A DNA stretch of 64,000 nt from Octopus vulgaris (GCA_951406725.2 OX597819.1:61876001-61940000), one strand, 5' to 3'; positions 1 to 13,638 are shown, numbered from the stretch's first letter. A program made the numbers and translations. Notes: generated by a model from the letters alone, not told the origin.

Positions 1-340
1 TTCTGGGTTCAGTCCCACTGCATGGCACCTTGGGCAAGTGTCTTCAACTATAGCCTTGGGCCAACCAAAGCCTTGTGAGTGGATTTGGGAGGCAGAAACT
101 GAAAGAAGCCCGTCGTGTGTGTATATATATGTATGTATGCATTTGTATGTCTGTATTTGTCCCTCCAACATCACTTGACAACCAATGCTGGTGTGTTTGC
201 ATCCCCATTACTTCACAGTTCAGCAAAAGAGGCTGATAGAACAAGTACTAGGCTTACAAAGAATAAATTTTAAGATTGATTTGCTTGACTAAAGGGTGCT
301 CCTGCCTGGCCACAGTCAAATGACTGAAACAAGTAAAAGA
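1..340 (+). mobile_element. SINE family A copy (tRNA-like head cut by window edge)
   Basis: gggttcagtcccactgc...ccttgggcaagtgtctt...gactgaaacaagtaaaaga; recurs many times in the window. Confidence 0.9.
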
Positions 341-2732
341 ATATATATATTTTTTTTTCTTTATTTAAATACAATCTTTTGTTTATATATTACTGATTTA
401 ATCTAAAATTTAATAATAGATACATGTTCATTTTTACTAACTTATTGCATCAGTTTTCTTTCCATTCTGTCATGAGTTGATTGGGTGTTTTATTGTCAGG
501 TTAATAGGTTAAGTGCATAAATTGATAGAGCAAGGGCTTTATGGTTGATTACTTTCCTATATGTCAGTCAACCATGAAGTAGCATATGCTGTTCTGTAAG
601 CTAGACTTGTCAACCAACTTAACTTTCTCTTTTCACAAAGAGCTATTTCGTGGCCTCTGGATCATTAGCATTGTGCTTAGTATCTTGACTATACACTATT
701 ACAAGTGAAAGTATTAAATATCATTGTTAGTTTATTACTAGTAATCGTAGTAGTTGCGCCATGGATTGGTTATGGTTGTAGTAGTTAAACAAATTCTGCT
801 GCATTGTGGTGACTAATGAGAATGCTTGCTGGGGAACCTTTTAAGCTGGAGAACAGCTTTAAGCAACTTTCAGAATGAACATATGTCATATTTTAGCGTC
901 AGCCAAACTATTTGTGAAATGGAAATCAAGATCACTATCTCCATTTGCTATTGTTGCTACGCCTACAACTATTTACTATTTGTGAGACATTAAAGGGAGT
1001 TGGTTAACGCTTTCCAAACTAAAAGCAGTTAGCCATTGAGTTGTTCGTCAAGTTTACTGTCTGCTTTACTGCTCTACTTAATGTGACACATTAGAGATAA
1101 TAATCAGAAGAGATGCCAGTTTGCCACAGAATAAAAAAGTTGGTCATAAACAACTTAATGAATTCTTATTCTGGAAGACTATCATAAATTTTTATACCTC
1201 TGCCTCACTCATTCCTACCCACCTTGAAGATCCACTGTGACACCTCGTTGCCTTTTTTTTTTTTTCCTTACACTCCAGCTCCACTCTCCTGACCCTTTCT
1301 TCTAAAATGTGAGTCATCAAGCAGCTTCTTCACAGCAAGGAACCTGTTGTACTCCAGCTCTTTTCTCTCTCTTAAGACTTCACAGCCTTGCAAACTGCAC
1401 AGTGAGGTTAGGGTAGTACTGGTGGCTTGAAACCAGCACCCAGTACATGCAGTAAAGTGGTTATCATTTGGAAGGGCACCCATCTGTAAAACTATGCCAA
1501 AACAGACACCAGAGCACACTATCCTTGGGCCCATCAAATCCTGTCAAGCCATCCAACCCATGCCAATATGGAATATGGACATTAAAACATGATGCTGGTG
1601 TATGAGATTGTTTAATGTCCTTATCTCTCTCAAAGGGATGAGAAACAAAGCTGAAATGAGATGGGTGCCATGCAGAGCAGGGCTGTGTGCTTAACAAGTT
1701 GACTTTTGCAACCATTTGGTTTGATTTTTGACAGTTATTGGCCCATTGGAAAACTGTAACCAGTCACAGTAACACTTGTCATTCACTAAAATCAAAATGG
1801 AATATAAAATAAACAGGAATTGAAACTAGGTCACTGGCTATTCAACTCCATATTTCCTCTTGCACTCGACATCAATAACTTTATACTTTAAACAGAAATT
1901 TGAGTGCATATATGTATAAATGTGCTTGAACATATCATTTTTCTTTTTTTTTTTTTTTTCTTTTCCTGTAGCTGTTCATAGTTTTTAATTCTAGAAATGA
2001 AGAAATAACTTTTAAAATCATCTACACGAATGACAAGTTGGGGAGACCTGCTTAAAACTAATTATTAGTCAGTAGAAATGAGAGTAACACCTGTAGTTCA
2101 CGTTTAAATCTCTCTCTCTCTCTCTCCCTCCCTCCCATTCCCCTCCCTTCCTCTGCAGAATCTCAAAACACATTTTAAATAAATGTTTTAAACCAAATAA
2201 AATCATGTAGCTCTCCTTCTCTGCATAGAATATTCTAGTAAAAAAATATAAAATTCTAAATATATATTGTCTGGAGAAACTCTGTAAACAATGGGTTTTA
2301 CACAAGTAGTAAGAGTAACTCTATATCTAAAAATAACAACTTTACTATTATTATATCCGAATAAAACATTTTCATCTCGCCTTTTTCCATTTGTGGTGCA
2401 ACCAATTTCTTTTCCTAGCGTAAACAAGTTTTGCAAAAATCAACTTTTCTGTAAGCAGCCACGTTTACATAAGCCTAGCTAATGTCAAATCACTCCCAAA
2501 GGCAAATTCATTCATGTAGCCAGTTTTGATACCATTCAGTTTAAAAGAAGATGGTGATGGTGGTGGAGAATAAGATACTAGTCCATCAGCAGCTATGGCA
2601 ACAGTTTTTCAACCATAGAGGGAGCCACTCAGTTCCTATGGTTGTAGAATTGGCAGGATTACAATATGGCTCTTTATAAACTTATAACAATGAAAAAAAT
2701 ATAAAATAACCTCTTAAAATAAGATTCTAGAC

Positions 2733-2905
2733 TAGCGATTCTTAATCTTTTTAATATTCAGGCTCAATCCAAAGCCTGGATTTTTTTAGGGGCCACACCA
2801 AAAAAAGTTAAGCACAAGTCAATTAAAGGAAAATTTACTATATTTGTAGAGGAAAGACTGTCAAGGGTTGCATGCAGCTCTGGGAGCCATGGTTGAGAAC
2901 TGCTG
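2733..2905. mobile_element. hAT-like MITE
   Basis: TIRs tagcgattcttaatc / ggttgagaactgctg; 8-bp flanks ttctagac / atttagaa resemble a decayed hAT TSD. Confidence 0.6.
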
Positions 2906-3343
2906 ATTTAGAAACTTTGAGAGAGTGTGAAATAATTTGTTTTTGGCATTAAACTCAAAGTAGATAGAACTATAAACAATAAGTGGATTAAAAAAAAAAA
3001 CTTTGGATAAAAAAATGTCAAAGGCGTTTTTAACCCCATATTTACACACTATTACTTATAGCTTTATTTACTTCAAGTTTCCCCCATTGAAAATGGATTT
3101 TCAACCTTTTAACAGTTCTGACATAAAATATAAGCTATTGGTAATGCCAGCATTGAAAAAAAGATGTAAAATGGTTTTAGAATGTTGAGCTAGATGTGGG
3201 TAGTATCAACAGTTGCTTTAAGTATGGCATCATATGATGGCATTTGTTCATAGGAAATTAGATACTACCTGACAAATTACTTTGTCACTTTTTCTAGTCA
3301 TTCAAGTGGTTGTAGCTTGTAGAGATGGATGAGTTTCATAAGT

Positions 3344-3554
3344 TTAACCCTTCAGCATTTTCTTATCCGACCCAAATAGTTCTACCTGTTGTGTGCTCAA
3401 TCTGGCCAGATCTTGCCTCTCATACCAACCATACAATGTCAGTCTAAAATTAAACAATCACATCATCAAAATCTTGAAGCTGTGAGATGATGCATGATTA
3501 ATTGAAACCAAGTAGAATAAGCATTGCATTTGACAGAGTAATCTGAATGCTGAA
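3344..3554. mobile_element. piggyBac-like (TTAA) MITE
   Basis: Starts TTAACCCTTCAGCATT; related partial copy in reverse orientation at ~17608-17745. Confidence 0.6.
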
Positions 3555-3752
3555 TTGTTCTTTCCTTCAGTTGTAGTTAAGGCTTTCAATATGTGTCTCT
3601 ATCCAGGTAGATTACCTGCCAATTAGTAAAAAATTTCTTTTAAGTAGTGGGGGAGGGGATAATGCAATCGACCTTCACTAAATTTAGTACACTTTAGCTT
3701 TTTTAAAAAAAATTTTTTCAAAAGATTGACCTTTCTCGTTCTATCTTTTCAG

Positions 3753-3983
3753 CTCCTTGCCTGGATCCGTAAAACTACTCCCTGGCTAGAAAATAGACAC
3801 ACAGATAACACTCTCCCTGGAACACAGAAGAAGCTTGAAGAATTCCGAGATTATCGCCGTAAACATAAACCACCAAAGCTGGAAGATAAAGCCCGACTGG
3901 AGAACAGTTTTAACACCTTGCAGACACGCCTCCGACTCAGCAATCGTCCAGCCTATCTGCCTACTGAAGGCAAGACTGTTGGG
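3753..3983 (+). CDS. Actn: alpha-actinin internal exon, spectrin repeat 1 (first exon visible in window)
   Basis: ttttcAG acceptor, GTAAGA donor; 231 nt, [15 protein letters not shown]...[19 protein letters not shown], typical alpha-actinin SR1. Confidence 0.97.
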
Positions 3984-4648
3984 GTAAGAATATCTCGTTA
4001 ATATTTCACTTCACTCTTTCACAATATTTTCTTCTTTCAAACTGCTTTGCATCTATTTTATTATTCATATGTCTTTACATTCTGAATAACAGTGGGATAT
4101 CATCAGTAAAATGTCCAGATTGCTTCGGACCCTCACAAACCAAAGAGTAAATAGCTTAAAGGAATCTTAACTATTACGAAAGGTTTCTTGCCAAGAATTG
4201 TTATGTACTGCATGAAGGATGTAATGATGCAGATTATTCTTAATGACCTCTGCTTACACGATTCCCTTAATACCAACAGAGAGTAATGTTGAATTTAAGA
4301 AATTGCAATTTGCAGTCAGCCAAATTTTTATAATAGCCATTAGCACATCTCAGGGTTATTTGTTGATTTGCCAATATTGAACTCACAAATAGAAATTAAA
4401 ACTGGCAACACCTTTGTATGAACAGAACTTTGAAGTAACAAACATTTTGGTAATGACTGTTAAAAACCATTGTCATAAAATAATTTATGTTGAATTCATT
4501 TGGAGTGTTTTCTATTTCCTTTTACTTTGTTCTTATTAAGTGTATTGATATGAATTTAGCAAAGGTAAAGATTTTATCCCACTAAAAATATAACTAATGA
4601 ATTATAAATCTATTATTATCTCTTTGTTTTCTGTTATTTTTATATTAG

Positions 4649-4725
4649 GATATTGTCTTTGCATGGAAAGGTCTTGAGTCTGCAGAAAAAGGTTTCGAAG
4701 AATGGCTATTGTCTGAGCTGCAGAG
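4649..4725 (+). CDS. Actn: alpha-actinin exon
   Basis: tattAG / GTAATG; DIVFAWKGLESAEKGFEEWLLSELQ(R); ends phase 2. Confidence 0.96.
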
Positions 4726-4947
4726 GTAATGTTTATTTCTTTGTTGCTATTTAATAAAGTTTGCTAAGCACCACATTGTGGAACGAAGTGCTCAACAAGA
4801 CTAGCATTTGATAAATATCAATTCAGTTAATGTGCTAATGCTCTTGAGAAAGACACAAATGTCTCATCTTATCATTTCCATCCCCGAAACATTTATCAAG
4901 TTTTGTGCAGGCATAACAATCTCTAAAAATGCTGCATTGTTTTTCAG

Positions 4948-5074
4948 GTTGGAGAGACTGGACCATTTGGCCCAGAAATTCCGCCACAAGTGTAACATTC
5001 ACGAAGAATGGGCTACAGGCAAGGATGTCATGCTTGATGCACCTTTGCAGAAATGCAGTCTGCAAGAAATGAAG
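4948..5074 (+). CDS. Actn: alpha-actinin exon, spectrin repeat 2
   Basis: ttttcAG / GTACTT; LERLDHLAQKFRHKCNIHEEWATGK...LQEMK; phase matches previous exon. Confidence 0.96.
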
Positions 5075-5722
5075 GTACTTTTATTTATTATTTTTTTTCC
5101 ACTACACCCTCACATTTCCTCCTATATGTTCCTGATGAACATGTAAACATAGTAACTTAACTTCTCTACAAGTCAACTTAATCATTAAATTTAATAGTGA
5201 ATTTAGATTGTAAATGTATTTGGACCTGTAGAATAACAATACTTCAGTTAACCTGATTGCAACTCTTCTTTGACTGAAATTTTTTTTTCCATGGTTCCTT
5301 TTATGGAATGAGAATTCAAATGTCAAGATACTTGCTCCTGAAACATACTGAAGTCAGAAATTTCATCATTAGTATTAGAAGTTTCATTATGGTGATAGAA
5401 TAATGCCAACAAAATAGATGTAAAATAATGTGAGGAATTTAAAAAGTTATGCAGATATATTGGATAATTAATAATTCCAATGAAAGTAATATCTTTGATT
5501 GAAACAATTTTGTTAATTGGTAGTTCTTTTTCCATGTCTGCCTTTAGGTTTCTTTGAATTCTCCCCAACCTGTTGATATACATAAACTGCTCATATTTTC
5601 TTTGTTTATTTAACTCTTTCACCCATCTCTCTGTCATGGGATACACATCTCTTAAAGAACTCTTAGTCACTATCACATCCAGTGTATTTTTCTATAACAC
5701 TTTACTTTTCTTACATCATTAG

Positions 5723-5815
<93 letters not shown>

Positions 5816-6022
5816 TAGGTTCTGATTACTTTTATTTGATGCTATTTCTGTGAGCTTACCCTATTTTACATATAGTACCAAATGGAAGACTTTTCCAGAC
5901 AGTGCTTTATGGCTGGCTGCCATTCCTGTCTCCAGCTCTCTTAGGTACCACTTACGATTTGCTGGAATGTACTGGACTTACTTTAAACTAGATTCTATAC
6001 ACACTGTGTAGATGAATAAAAT

Positions 6023-6420
6023 GTCATTTGGTTTTATGCCAGGAAGAGAATGTAAAACAATTATAAGAGGAATATTTCGTTTGTTCGGTTTATTGGAGTG
6101 AGGGGAAGCTTTTGACGGGGTTCCACATGAAGCAATGCTATGAGCATTAGGAGAGTTAGAAGTGGAGAATTAGTTGTTTAAAGTAGCAATGACAAATGCA
6201 TGAGAGAACACACAATTATATGAATGAAGGATAGGAACAGTGATGAATTTGAAGTGAAGGTTGGAAGACTGGAGGTGTTACTAATCTCATTGTTACTTGT
6301 AGTTGGGATAGAGGCACTGATAAGAAGTATAAAGGAGGATTTATCATGGATGATCTAGTGTTAATAGTCGAGAGTTTAAGTGTATTGAAGAAGATGAATC
6401 AGTGGAAAGAATGTATGTGT
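6023..6420 (+). pseudogene. decayed RTE-type LINE reverse transcriptase fragment in intron
   Basis: Remnant motifs FGFMPGR, AFDGVP, EFEVKVG, DDLVLIVES with stops and frameshifts. Confidence 0.7.
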
Positions 6421-7442
6421 CTTACATTTGCTGCTTGCTTATGAATGTCACGACAGTCACGCAGTGTTCCTGTTGGCCTTTGTTTCATACCTCCAAGGCC
6501 ATGTGAAAAGGGAAATCCGTTATAGAAAAACAGGTAGACTTTAGCATCAAGAAAGACATCCAGCTATAGAATAATTGCTGCAATAACATGTTTGTCTAAT
6601 ACATGCTAGCTTGGGAAAATAGACATAAGACAAGTGAATGGATGGATGTATGGAGGCAAAAAGGTCTGAAGGAAAGTACTGAAAAGCAAAGAAAAAAGGT
6701 GATAGCTAATACAAAAGTATATGGTGAGGTGGATGGCACAGGGGAGTTAGAGTAAACTTTTTTTACATGTACATTGTTGGCTTCATTGAAAGTGTAATAA
6801 TGTGAGAAGGTTATTAACTAATGGGGTCCAGATTTGGCCTAGATTTCTTTCAATTAAATCTACATGGAGCCAGTTTCTTTAATAATGGTGGGATGCAACA
6901 AAAAACTTCATTAAGTAATCCTTTGTTGAAACTGTTGGCTTTCAACAATATCATACATCTCTATAATCTTGTGGTATTACTTTAAACACTAACAACTGTA
7001 GCAACCACTTTATATTAGTCAATAAGATTATTAAGTACTTGGGTGTCAAATTCTGCTTACACACACATGCAGAGGTGTAATGTAAGAAGTAGATTGTGTA
7101 TTGGAAACTGATATTTTGGAAGAGTGAGTTCAGTCTTTCATTGCCTTACTACACAAAACAAAATCTACTTCTTTTTTTCCTTCCAACTTCTGTTACTTCT
7201 CTTAAACACTTTTTTGTTGTGTTGTCTGGAACCCTATCAAACTAATATCTTAATTATTAGCACATGTTACTTTAATGAAGCTTAATGCACAGCTAATTTT
7301 GAGGTAACTGTCATTCAACTTGTATAAAACACTGAGCTTTAAATAATAGTAGATTTAACTTGTAATTTTTAGTGTTTCATCAGGAGAGACATAATATAAA
7401 TACTAAGGACTACTACAAGTTAACTTAAATACCTACTCCAAG

Positions 7443-7522
7443 AGAAACCTCTCCCAGTTATTGAAATAGATAGAGGCCTCTCCCAGTTATTGAAACAGAT
7501 AGAAGCCTCTCCCAACTATTGT
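7443..7522. repeat. 29-bp tandem repeat, ~2.7 copies
   Basis: cctctccca(g/a) at 7448, 7477, 7506. Confidence 0.85.
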
Positions 7523-8545
7523 CATATTTAAAACTCCTCATGATAATGAACACAATACAGGAGGCCAGTTCAGCTACTTGATATCTTGAGTCAGGTGATC
7601 AGTTTCCTTTCAGTTGTTCTTTTCCCCAAATTTCATAATATCAGCTTCTTTATAAGACAACCACCATTACTACTACTACTACTACTACTACTACTGCTAC
7701 TGCTGCTGCTATGATTATAGTCTGTTAGTGTTGGTTTGATTTTTAAATTACTATTGATGCTTCAATTACTCGGTATATATTTTATCAAGCAAGCACGCAG
7801 TTTTCATTTCTTGTCCCTTAAACAATTGGTAGTAGGAGTTTCATTGAAGTGTTCATATTTTGTACCTAGGTCAAGTTAACCTGAACAAACCCATTTATAA
7901 GAATATCTTGGCTGCTAGGTTAACACTTCATTAACTGGGCGTTACATACAACATTTCAATTACATCAGCATATACAAAAGCGTGATAACAAAGTGGCTAG
8001 AATGCAGCAATCCAAACTGTTATAATCATTCTAAACACAGCACTCAGTACTCAGCTATGGTAGTATTCTCTAAGAATCTCTGTATTAAGTGTGCTTTACA
8101 TCATAATTATAAGTTTAAGAACTAACATGTTCTATGTAACCTAAATGGTAAATGTAGATAATTCACTTGTGAATATTTAAATGTTTTTTTGTTTCTGTAA
8201 TAAACAAAACATTTGTCATTTATCTTTCTACGGTTGATATAAATTAGATACAAGGCCTGGTTAAATTTAAAGCTCCAAGCCAAAGTTCTGAATAACTGCC
8301 ATCATTATATAGGAAGGAATGAAAGAGTACTGGACTGTCTTGTACTATTTAATTTCACAACTGTATGTTCTGGTTCCTGCCTGGATGAACTTTCATCCCT
8401 CTATGGTTTGTGAAATGTTTACTAATTCCATTGGCACTAATTGAGTAAACTATATTAATCCTTTAAAATGTTTGGCCTTGTGCCAATGTTAGAACCTTGC
8501 AAAGTTGTTCTGAGTTCAAATACATATATTATAAGTTAAGCAGTA

Positions 8546-8987
8546 CAGGTTGTCATCGACTTACGACCGATCAACTTTACAACGATTGGCACACCAGCTC
8601 CCAGCAGCAATAATAAATAGTCCAGCTGAAATCTAATGGGTTTAATTTCTTATAAATTAACCCATCTATTGATGATGTCAGCTGACAAATATTTCCCCTA
8701 GGTTTGGTTATCAATCGCCACTGTGTTGGGTAACTATCCTGTCTTGGAGACATCAAGATAACTTCATATTTGTTTATAAGATGACTACTTGAGACTCTGG
8801 AATTTTTGACTAATGCCAGTATAATAGTATATTACAGAATGCTGTGTGTGACTTTTATCTGAGAATGTACCTTAAGAATGTAAAAATATAAAACAAAGCT
8901 ATGCAGACCTATAGGCCGACTTATGATTAAATCAACTTACAACCAGTCGGTCGGAACCAATTGTGGTTGTAAGTCGACGGTGACTTG
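8546..8987. mobile_element. pogo/Tigger-like MITE
   Basis: TA on both sides; TIR caggttgtcatcgacttacgacc vs reverse complement caagtcaccgtcgacttacaacc. Confidence 0.75.
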
Positions 8988-9568
8988 TATTTAAGAGAGA
9001 GGTGGAGGGAGGGAGAGAGAGAGAATGAGTAAAATAATGTAAGACAACCCATATCTGGATGATGTATATTGTGTACAGAACCTTGGCCTACTTTATCCAG
9101 CATCCTCTTTTCTCAGATGGTAACGTGTAAATTGATGATGATTTGGGTACTATTTCTGGCACATCACGAATAACATTTGTGATGTTTCTGTTCACTCAAA
9201 CAACTACAAACTATTAGAAACTTTGAGCACGAACTAACACACGTGCACACACACACAGACATACACGTGCTCACAGCTGTTTCTCATCTAACAACTTCCT
9301 GTGTATGTGTGTTGGCATGATTCAATGTATGTGTATGTATCTGTTTTGATCAAAGTATACACACGCACCATGTATGTGTGCTCTCTCTCTCTCTTTTTTC
9401 TCTTTCTTTTTCTGTTTATTTTGTTGTTTTTCTATCAATTATTAGTGTAAGATAGAGTGATTGGCAAAAACACAAAATTGCTTTTTACTATGAATTTTCA
9501 CTATAAAAATTTATTACTTTAGTACACTGTCCTTGTGTGTGCGTGTGTATGTAAGCATCTGTGTGTCT

Positions 9569-9599
<31 letters not shown>

Positions 9600-9909
9600 G
9601 CATGTGTGTCTTTTGTGTGTGTGTGTGTATATGTATGTAAGCATCTGTGTGTCTTTTGTGTGTTTGTGTAACATGCACACAAACATATCTGAAAGGTCAG
9701 TAACAGCACTCTCATTATGGTAAGAAACAAGATTCACTGGGATGTAATGTTACTAGGTAGCTATTTTAAGGTGAGAATGACATCACTTCACTTGTACCAT
9801 ACACTAAAAAACTGGAAGGAATTCCAAACAGTAACTAAGTTTCTTTAAGTACATTTTGATAACATAGATTTCTTTCACTTTTCCTAAATATTGTTTTATA
9901 TTATTTCAG

Positions 9910-9955
9910 TGCCTTGAACTATCACGATGTGGTCACAGTTAACACCAGATGCCAG
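9910..9955 (+). CDS. Actn: alpha-actinin small exon (46 nt)
   Basis: tttcAG / GTATGC; (N)ALNYHDVVTVNTRCQ; restores frame after the phase-2 intron. Confidence 0.94.
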
Positions 9956-10184
9956 GTATGCGTCATTTCTTACTTTCCATTTCTTAATATTTACATCTAA
10001 GTAATTAGGTTTAGTTGGGTCATTTGTTTGAAAGCATTGAGAGAACCATTCCAGGATTGCATTTAGTGAGTCCTGGTAATGTAATATAAGGATTCAACTG
10101 TGTTACACATGACCAGTGTCCAGCCAGCCATGATCTTTCTTTCTTGGCCTGACTGCCGACCGTCAACACATCTTATGTCCATCC

Positions 10185-10343
10185 CACGGTTTTATCGATT
10201 TTTGTAATTTTTTCAAGACTTATACATGTCCTGATACCGTCGGTATCTACATATCAAATATGAGCACAATCGGATGGAGGATGCCCGAGATCCTAGAAGA
10301 CACACACACATACAGACAGACGGAACAGATTTTATATAATAGA
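10185..10343 (-). mobile_element. non-autonomous Helitron-like element, partial
   Basis: Shares ctgataccgtcggtatctacatatcaaat...ttttatataatagat with copies at 27879-28435 and 43763-44322. Confidence 0.65.
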
Positions 10344-10554
10344 TGATATACATGTGACCATTTCCCAGGAGAGTATCTGCCAAAGAATCTCAATCGTTTT
10401 GTGGGCATAATGAATCATTAAAATTAGATGCCTTAATAAATTTTTTTTAATGTTTACTGGATCTCTATTCAAAATTATTATGTCTTATGTTTAACTGATG
10501 CAACCTTAATTTCCATTCACAATTTCAGTGTTTATTTATTTTTTCCTTTTCCAG

Positions 10555-10617
10555 CAAATCTGTGATAACTGGGATATCCTAGGAACATTAACCCAAAAGA
10601 GAAGACAAGAACTTGAA
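10555..10617 (+). CDS. Actn: alpha-actinin exon
   Basis: ttttccAG / GTAAAT; QICDNWDILGTLTQKRRQELE. Confidence 0.96.
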
Positions 10618-10839
10618 GTAAATATTTCATCATTTTTATGATTGATTTTTATTTTTCAAATTCTGCTTTTTTTTTTTCTTTTTTTTTTGGTGGGTGGAGT
10701 TAGCATTTTTGAAAGAATCACCGATAATATTAAATCTTTAAAGAAAATGTTATTCAGTTTATGTTAAAAATATTTGACACTTACTGAAATGTTTCTGTGA
10801 CTTTACTGTTGTTTTAACTCAGAATATTTTGTGTTGCAG

Positions 10840-10902
10840 CAAGCTGAGAGAGTGTTGGAGAGAATTGATCAACTTCACCTTGAATTTGCTAAGAGAGCTG
10901 CT
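10840..10902 (+). CDS. Actn: alpha-actinin exon, start of spectrin repeat 3
   Basis: ttgcAG / GTAAGT; QAERVLERIDQLHLEFAKRAA. Confidence 0.96.
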
Positions 10903-11726
10903 GTAAGTATTATTTTCTACTTTGTTGTATTAAAGTAAAAAGAACATTAGTTGTTTCCAAATGAATTCACAATAAATCAGTAATGTTCTAATCATGTGAC
11001 TGACCAAGCTATTAGATGTTCTTACACATCACTGGTCACTTTGCATTGGTTTAGCCTTAAAATGATGTCATCCCACTGGAGCAAAGTGAAATGAATGAAG
11101 TGTTTTGCTTAAGAACACAATGTGCTGCCCAGTCTGGGAATTGAACCTATGATCTAGTGATTGTGAATGCAACAACCTAACCACATGGCCACATGCCTTC
11201 ACAATAGTTTAATACACGTAAGAAATATTTCTCTCCATCAGTTTTTTTCTCTAATTTCTAATGATCTCTTGGCAGAAAATTATTCTATCATTTTACCGAG
11301 AGAAAAGCTTTGCATGCAGTATCCTTCAGTGTGCATAACCCTTAGAAATATTTAAATAATTTTGGTTGTTGTTTCAAACAGTACCAAAAAGTATTTATTC
11401 CATTTTATGAATATAATATGTATACTTGTATTCTATGCACTAGTAGTAGCCATGGAAATTCCATGGCTCATTTTGTGGTACAGTGTCAGCAGCAAACATC
11501 TCCTCACTTGCTAATAATATCCTGTCATTTCCTTCAAAGTCCTTCAATTAATTTCTCGGAAATCTTGTCCATTCCTTTCACTCGTGTTTTCTCGTCTAGC
11601 TTGTGCAAAATATTCTTAACCTGTCTTCATCATTCCTGTTTTGCTTCCTTTCTTGTTTAACAAATTTCAGTCTTTTCTTGTTCACTTCAATTTCTTATAA
11701 CTAATTGTTTAATTTTTCTATTGCAG

Positions 11727-11804
11727 CCATTTAACAACTGGATGGATGGTGCCAAAGAAGATTTAATGGACATGTTCATTGTCCACACCACAGAAGAAAT
11801 CAAG
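11727..11804 (+). CDS. Actn: alpha-actinin exon
   Basis: ttgcAG / GTAAGA; [26 protein letters not shown]. Confidence 0.97.
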
Positions 11805-11857
11805 GTAAGATTAATACATTGCTCTTACGTCTATATATATATATATATATATATATC

Positions 11858-12581
11858 ATCCGTTCGTGTTCGTTGCCAGCCTCGCCTGGCCCCGTGCCGG
11901 TGACACGTAAAAGCACCGTCCGTTCGTGGCCGTTGGCCAGGTCTGTCTGGCCCCGTGTCGGTGGCACGTAAAAGCACCATCCGTTTGTGGCCGTTTGCCA
12001 GCTCTGTCTGGCCCCGTGTCGGTGGCACGTAAAAGCACCATCCGTCCGTGTCCGTTGCCAGCCTCGGCTGGCCCCCGTGCTGGTGACACGTAAAAGCACC
12101 GTCCGCTCGTGGCCGTTTGCCAGCTCTGTCTGGCAACCGTGTCGGTGGCACGTAAAAGCACCATCTGTTCGCATCCGTTGCCAGCCTCGGCTGGCCCCCG
12201 TGCCGGTGACACATAAAAGCACCGTCCGTTCGTGGCCGGTTGCCAGCTCTGTCTGGCCCCGTGTCGGTGGCACGTAAAAGCACCATCCGTTCGTGTCCGT
12301 TGCCAGCATCGCCTGGCCCCGTGCCGGTGACACGTAAAAGCACCATCCGTTCGTGGCCGTTCGCCAGCTCTGTCTGGCACCTGTGCAGGTGGCACGTAAA
12401 AAACACCCACTACACTCGCGGAGTGGTTGGCGTTAGGAAGGGCATCCAGCCGTAGAAACACTGCCAGATCTGACTGGGCCTGACGAAGCCTTCCAGCTTC
12501 ACAGACCCCAGTTGACCCGTCCAACCCATGCTAGCATGGAAAACGGACGCTAAACGATGATGATGATGATGATGATGATGA
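11858..12581 (+). mobile_element. family D retroposon with internal array of nine ~61-bp units and (GAT)n tail
   Basis: Nine ...cacgtaaaagcacc... units, then ggaagggcatccagccgtagaaac...catgctagcatggaaaacggacg(gat)n; related copies at ~1400-1595, 14420-14600, 30240-30445, 62140-62400, 62455-62935. Confidence 0.8.
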
Positions 12582-12728
12582 TATATATATATATATCAGC
12601 TGCAACTGATTTCTACTCCTCTGATCCCTTTTCATGAGCCCTGAAACTTTTACTTTTATATTCGATTTTATATATTTTAAATGTGATGCTTAACAAATTT
12701 CTCTAATATCATTTCATATATTTTCTAG

Positions 12729-12884
12729 GACCTCATCTGTGCCCATGAGACATTCAAAGAAACTTTGGGTGAAGCAGACAAAGAGTTGAATACGATCGTT
12801 TCTCTAGAAAACGATGCTAACCGCCTTGCTCAGGAGATTGGAATTGGTGTTCCAGAGAATCCATACACTACTCTTCACGTTAAT
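12729..12884 (+). CDS. Actn: alpha-actinin exon
   Basis: ttctAG / GTAAGT; DLICAHETFKETLGEADKE...ENPYTTLHVN. Confidence 0.96.
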
Positions 12885-13385
12885 GTAAGTGTCATCTCCA
12901 GCTCTTCCCAATTCAGTAATGTAACTGTAGGGTTAAAAGCTCTCTAGTTTCGAAATCATCTTACCTCCTCCCATCAGTTATAAGATCTTTTCACTGTATG
13001 ACCATGACCTTCCTATTCCCTAATTTAGTTTTCTAAGTCTGCAAGAATAAAATTAAAGACTATTTGATTTTATTTCCTACATACCTAACCATACATGCTG
13101 TAGAGTAAATTCAGATCTCTCTTCCCCTTCATATTTGCCACATTTTAAGTAAAGAAATTCAACTCTCTACTTTTGTCTGTCTGTGTAGCCTGTTTGGATA
13201 GACTCAATCTACCTGTTGTTTGAATTCAGGTCCCTGCCCCCTCGTCATATAATTAGTGTATCAAGCCGAGTTGAGTTTAACTCTTTCTCTTCCTCCCTCA
13301 AGGATCTCAATAAACATATTCTCAAGTCTACTCTCCTGAATGGTCTCACAGTAACTTGATAATTAAATGCAGACCTTCCTCTTCT

Positions 13386-13398
13386 ACACACACACACA

Positions 13399-13431
<33 letters not shown>

Positions 13432-13460
13432 CCTCTCTCTCTCCCTCTCTCTCTCTCTCC

Positions 13461-13501
<41 letters not shown>
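13386..13501. repeat. (CA)n-(CT)n microsatellite
   Basis: Read directly from sequence. Confidence 0.95.
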
Positions 13502-13504
<3 letters not shown>

Positions 13505-13638
13505 CTTAGCATATGCCTTTCGTATTCCCCCTCTCCCTTTCTGTCAGCATACATCACATAGTCGCATGTCAATCATTTTCTAACTCACTTGAAATGAACA
13601 AGTTTGTCTGAAAGATAACTCTGTCTGTCCACTTGCAG

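Noticed and set aside
1735-1812. Possible duplicate of the LLAW exon (ttttgacAG then LLAHWK)
   Set aside because: Similarity ends after three residues and a stop follows
11858-12410. CRISPR-like array and the overlapping 177-222 aa ORFs
   Set aside because: Whole units repeat with no unique spacers, no cas genes, eukaryotic intron; ORFs are by-products of a GC-rich tandem repeat
12480-12545. CTGACGA...GAAA hammerhead candidate
   Set aside because: No stem II; the related copy at ~14500 has ctggtgcag at this position
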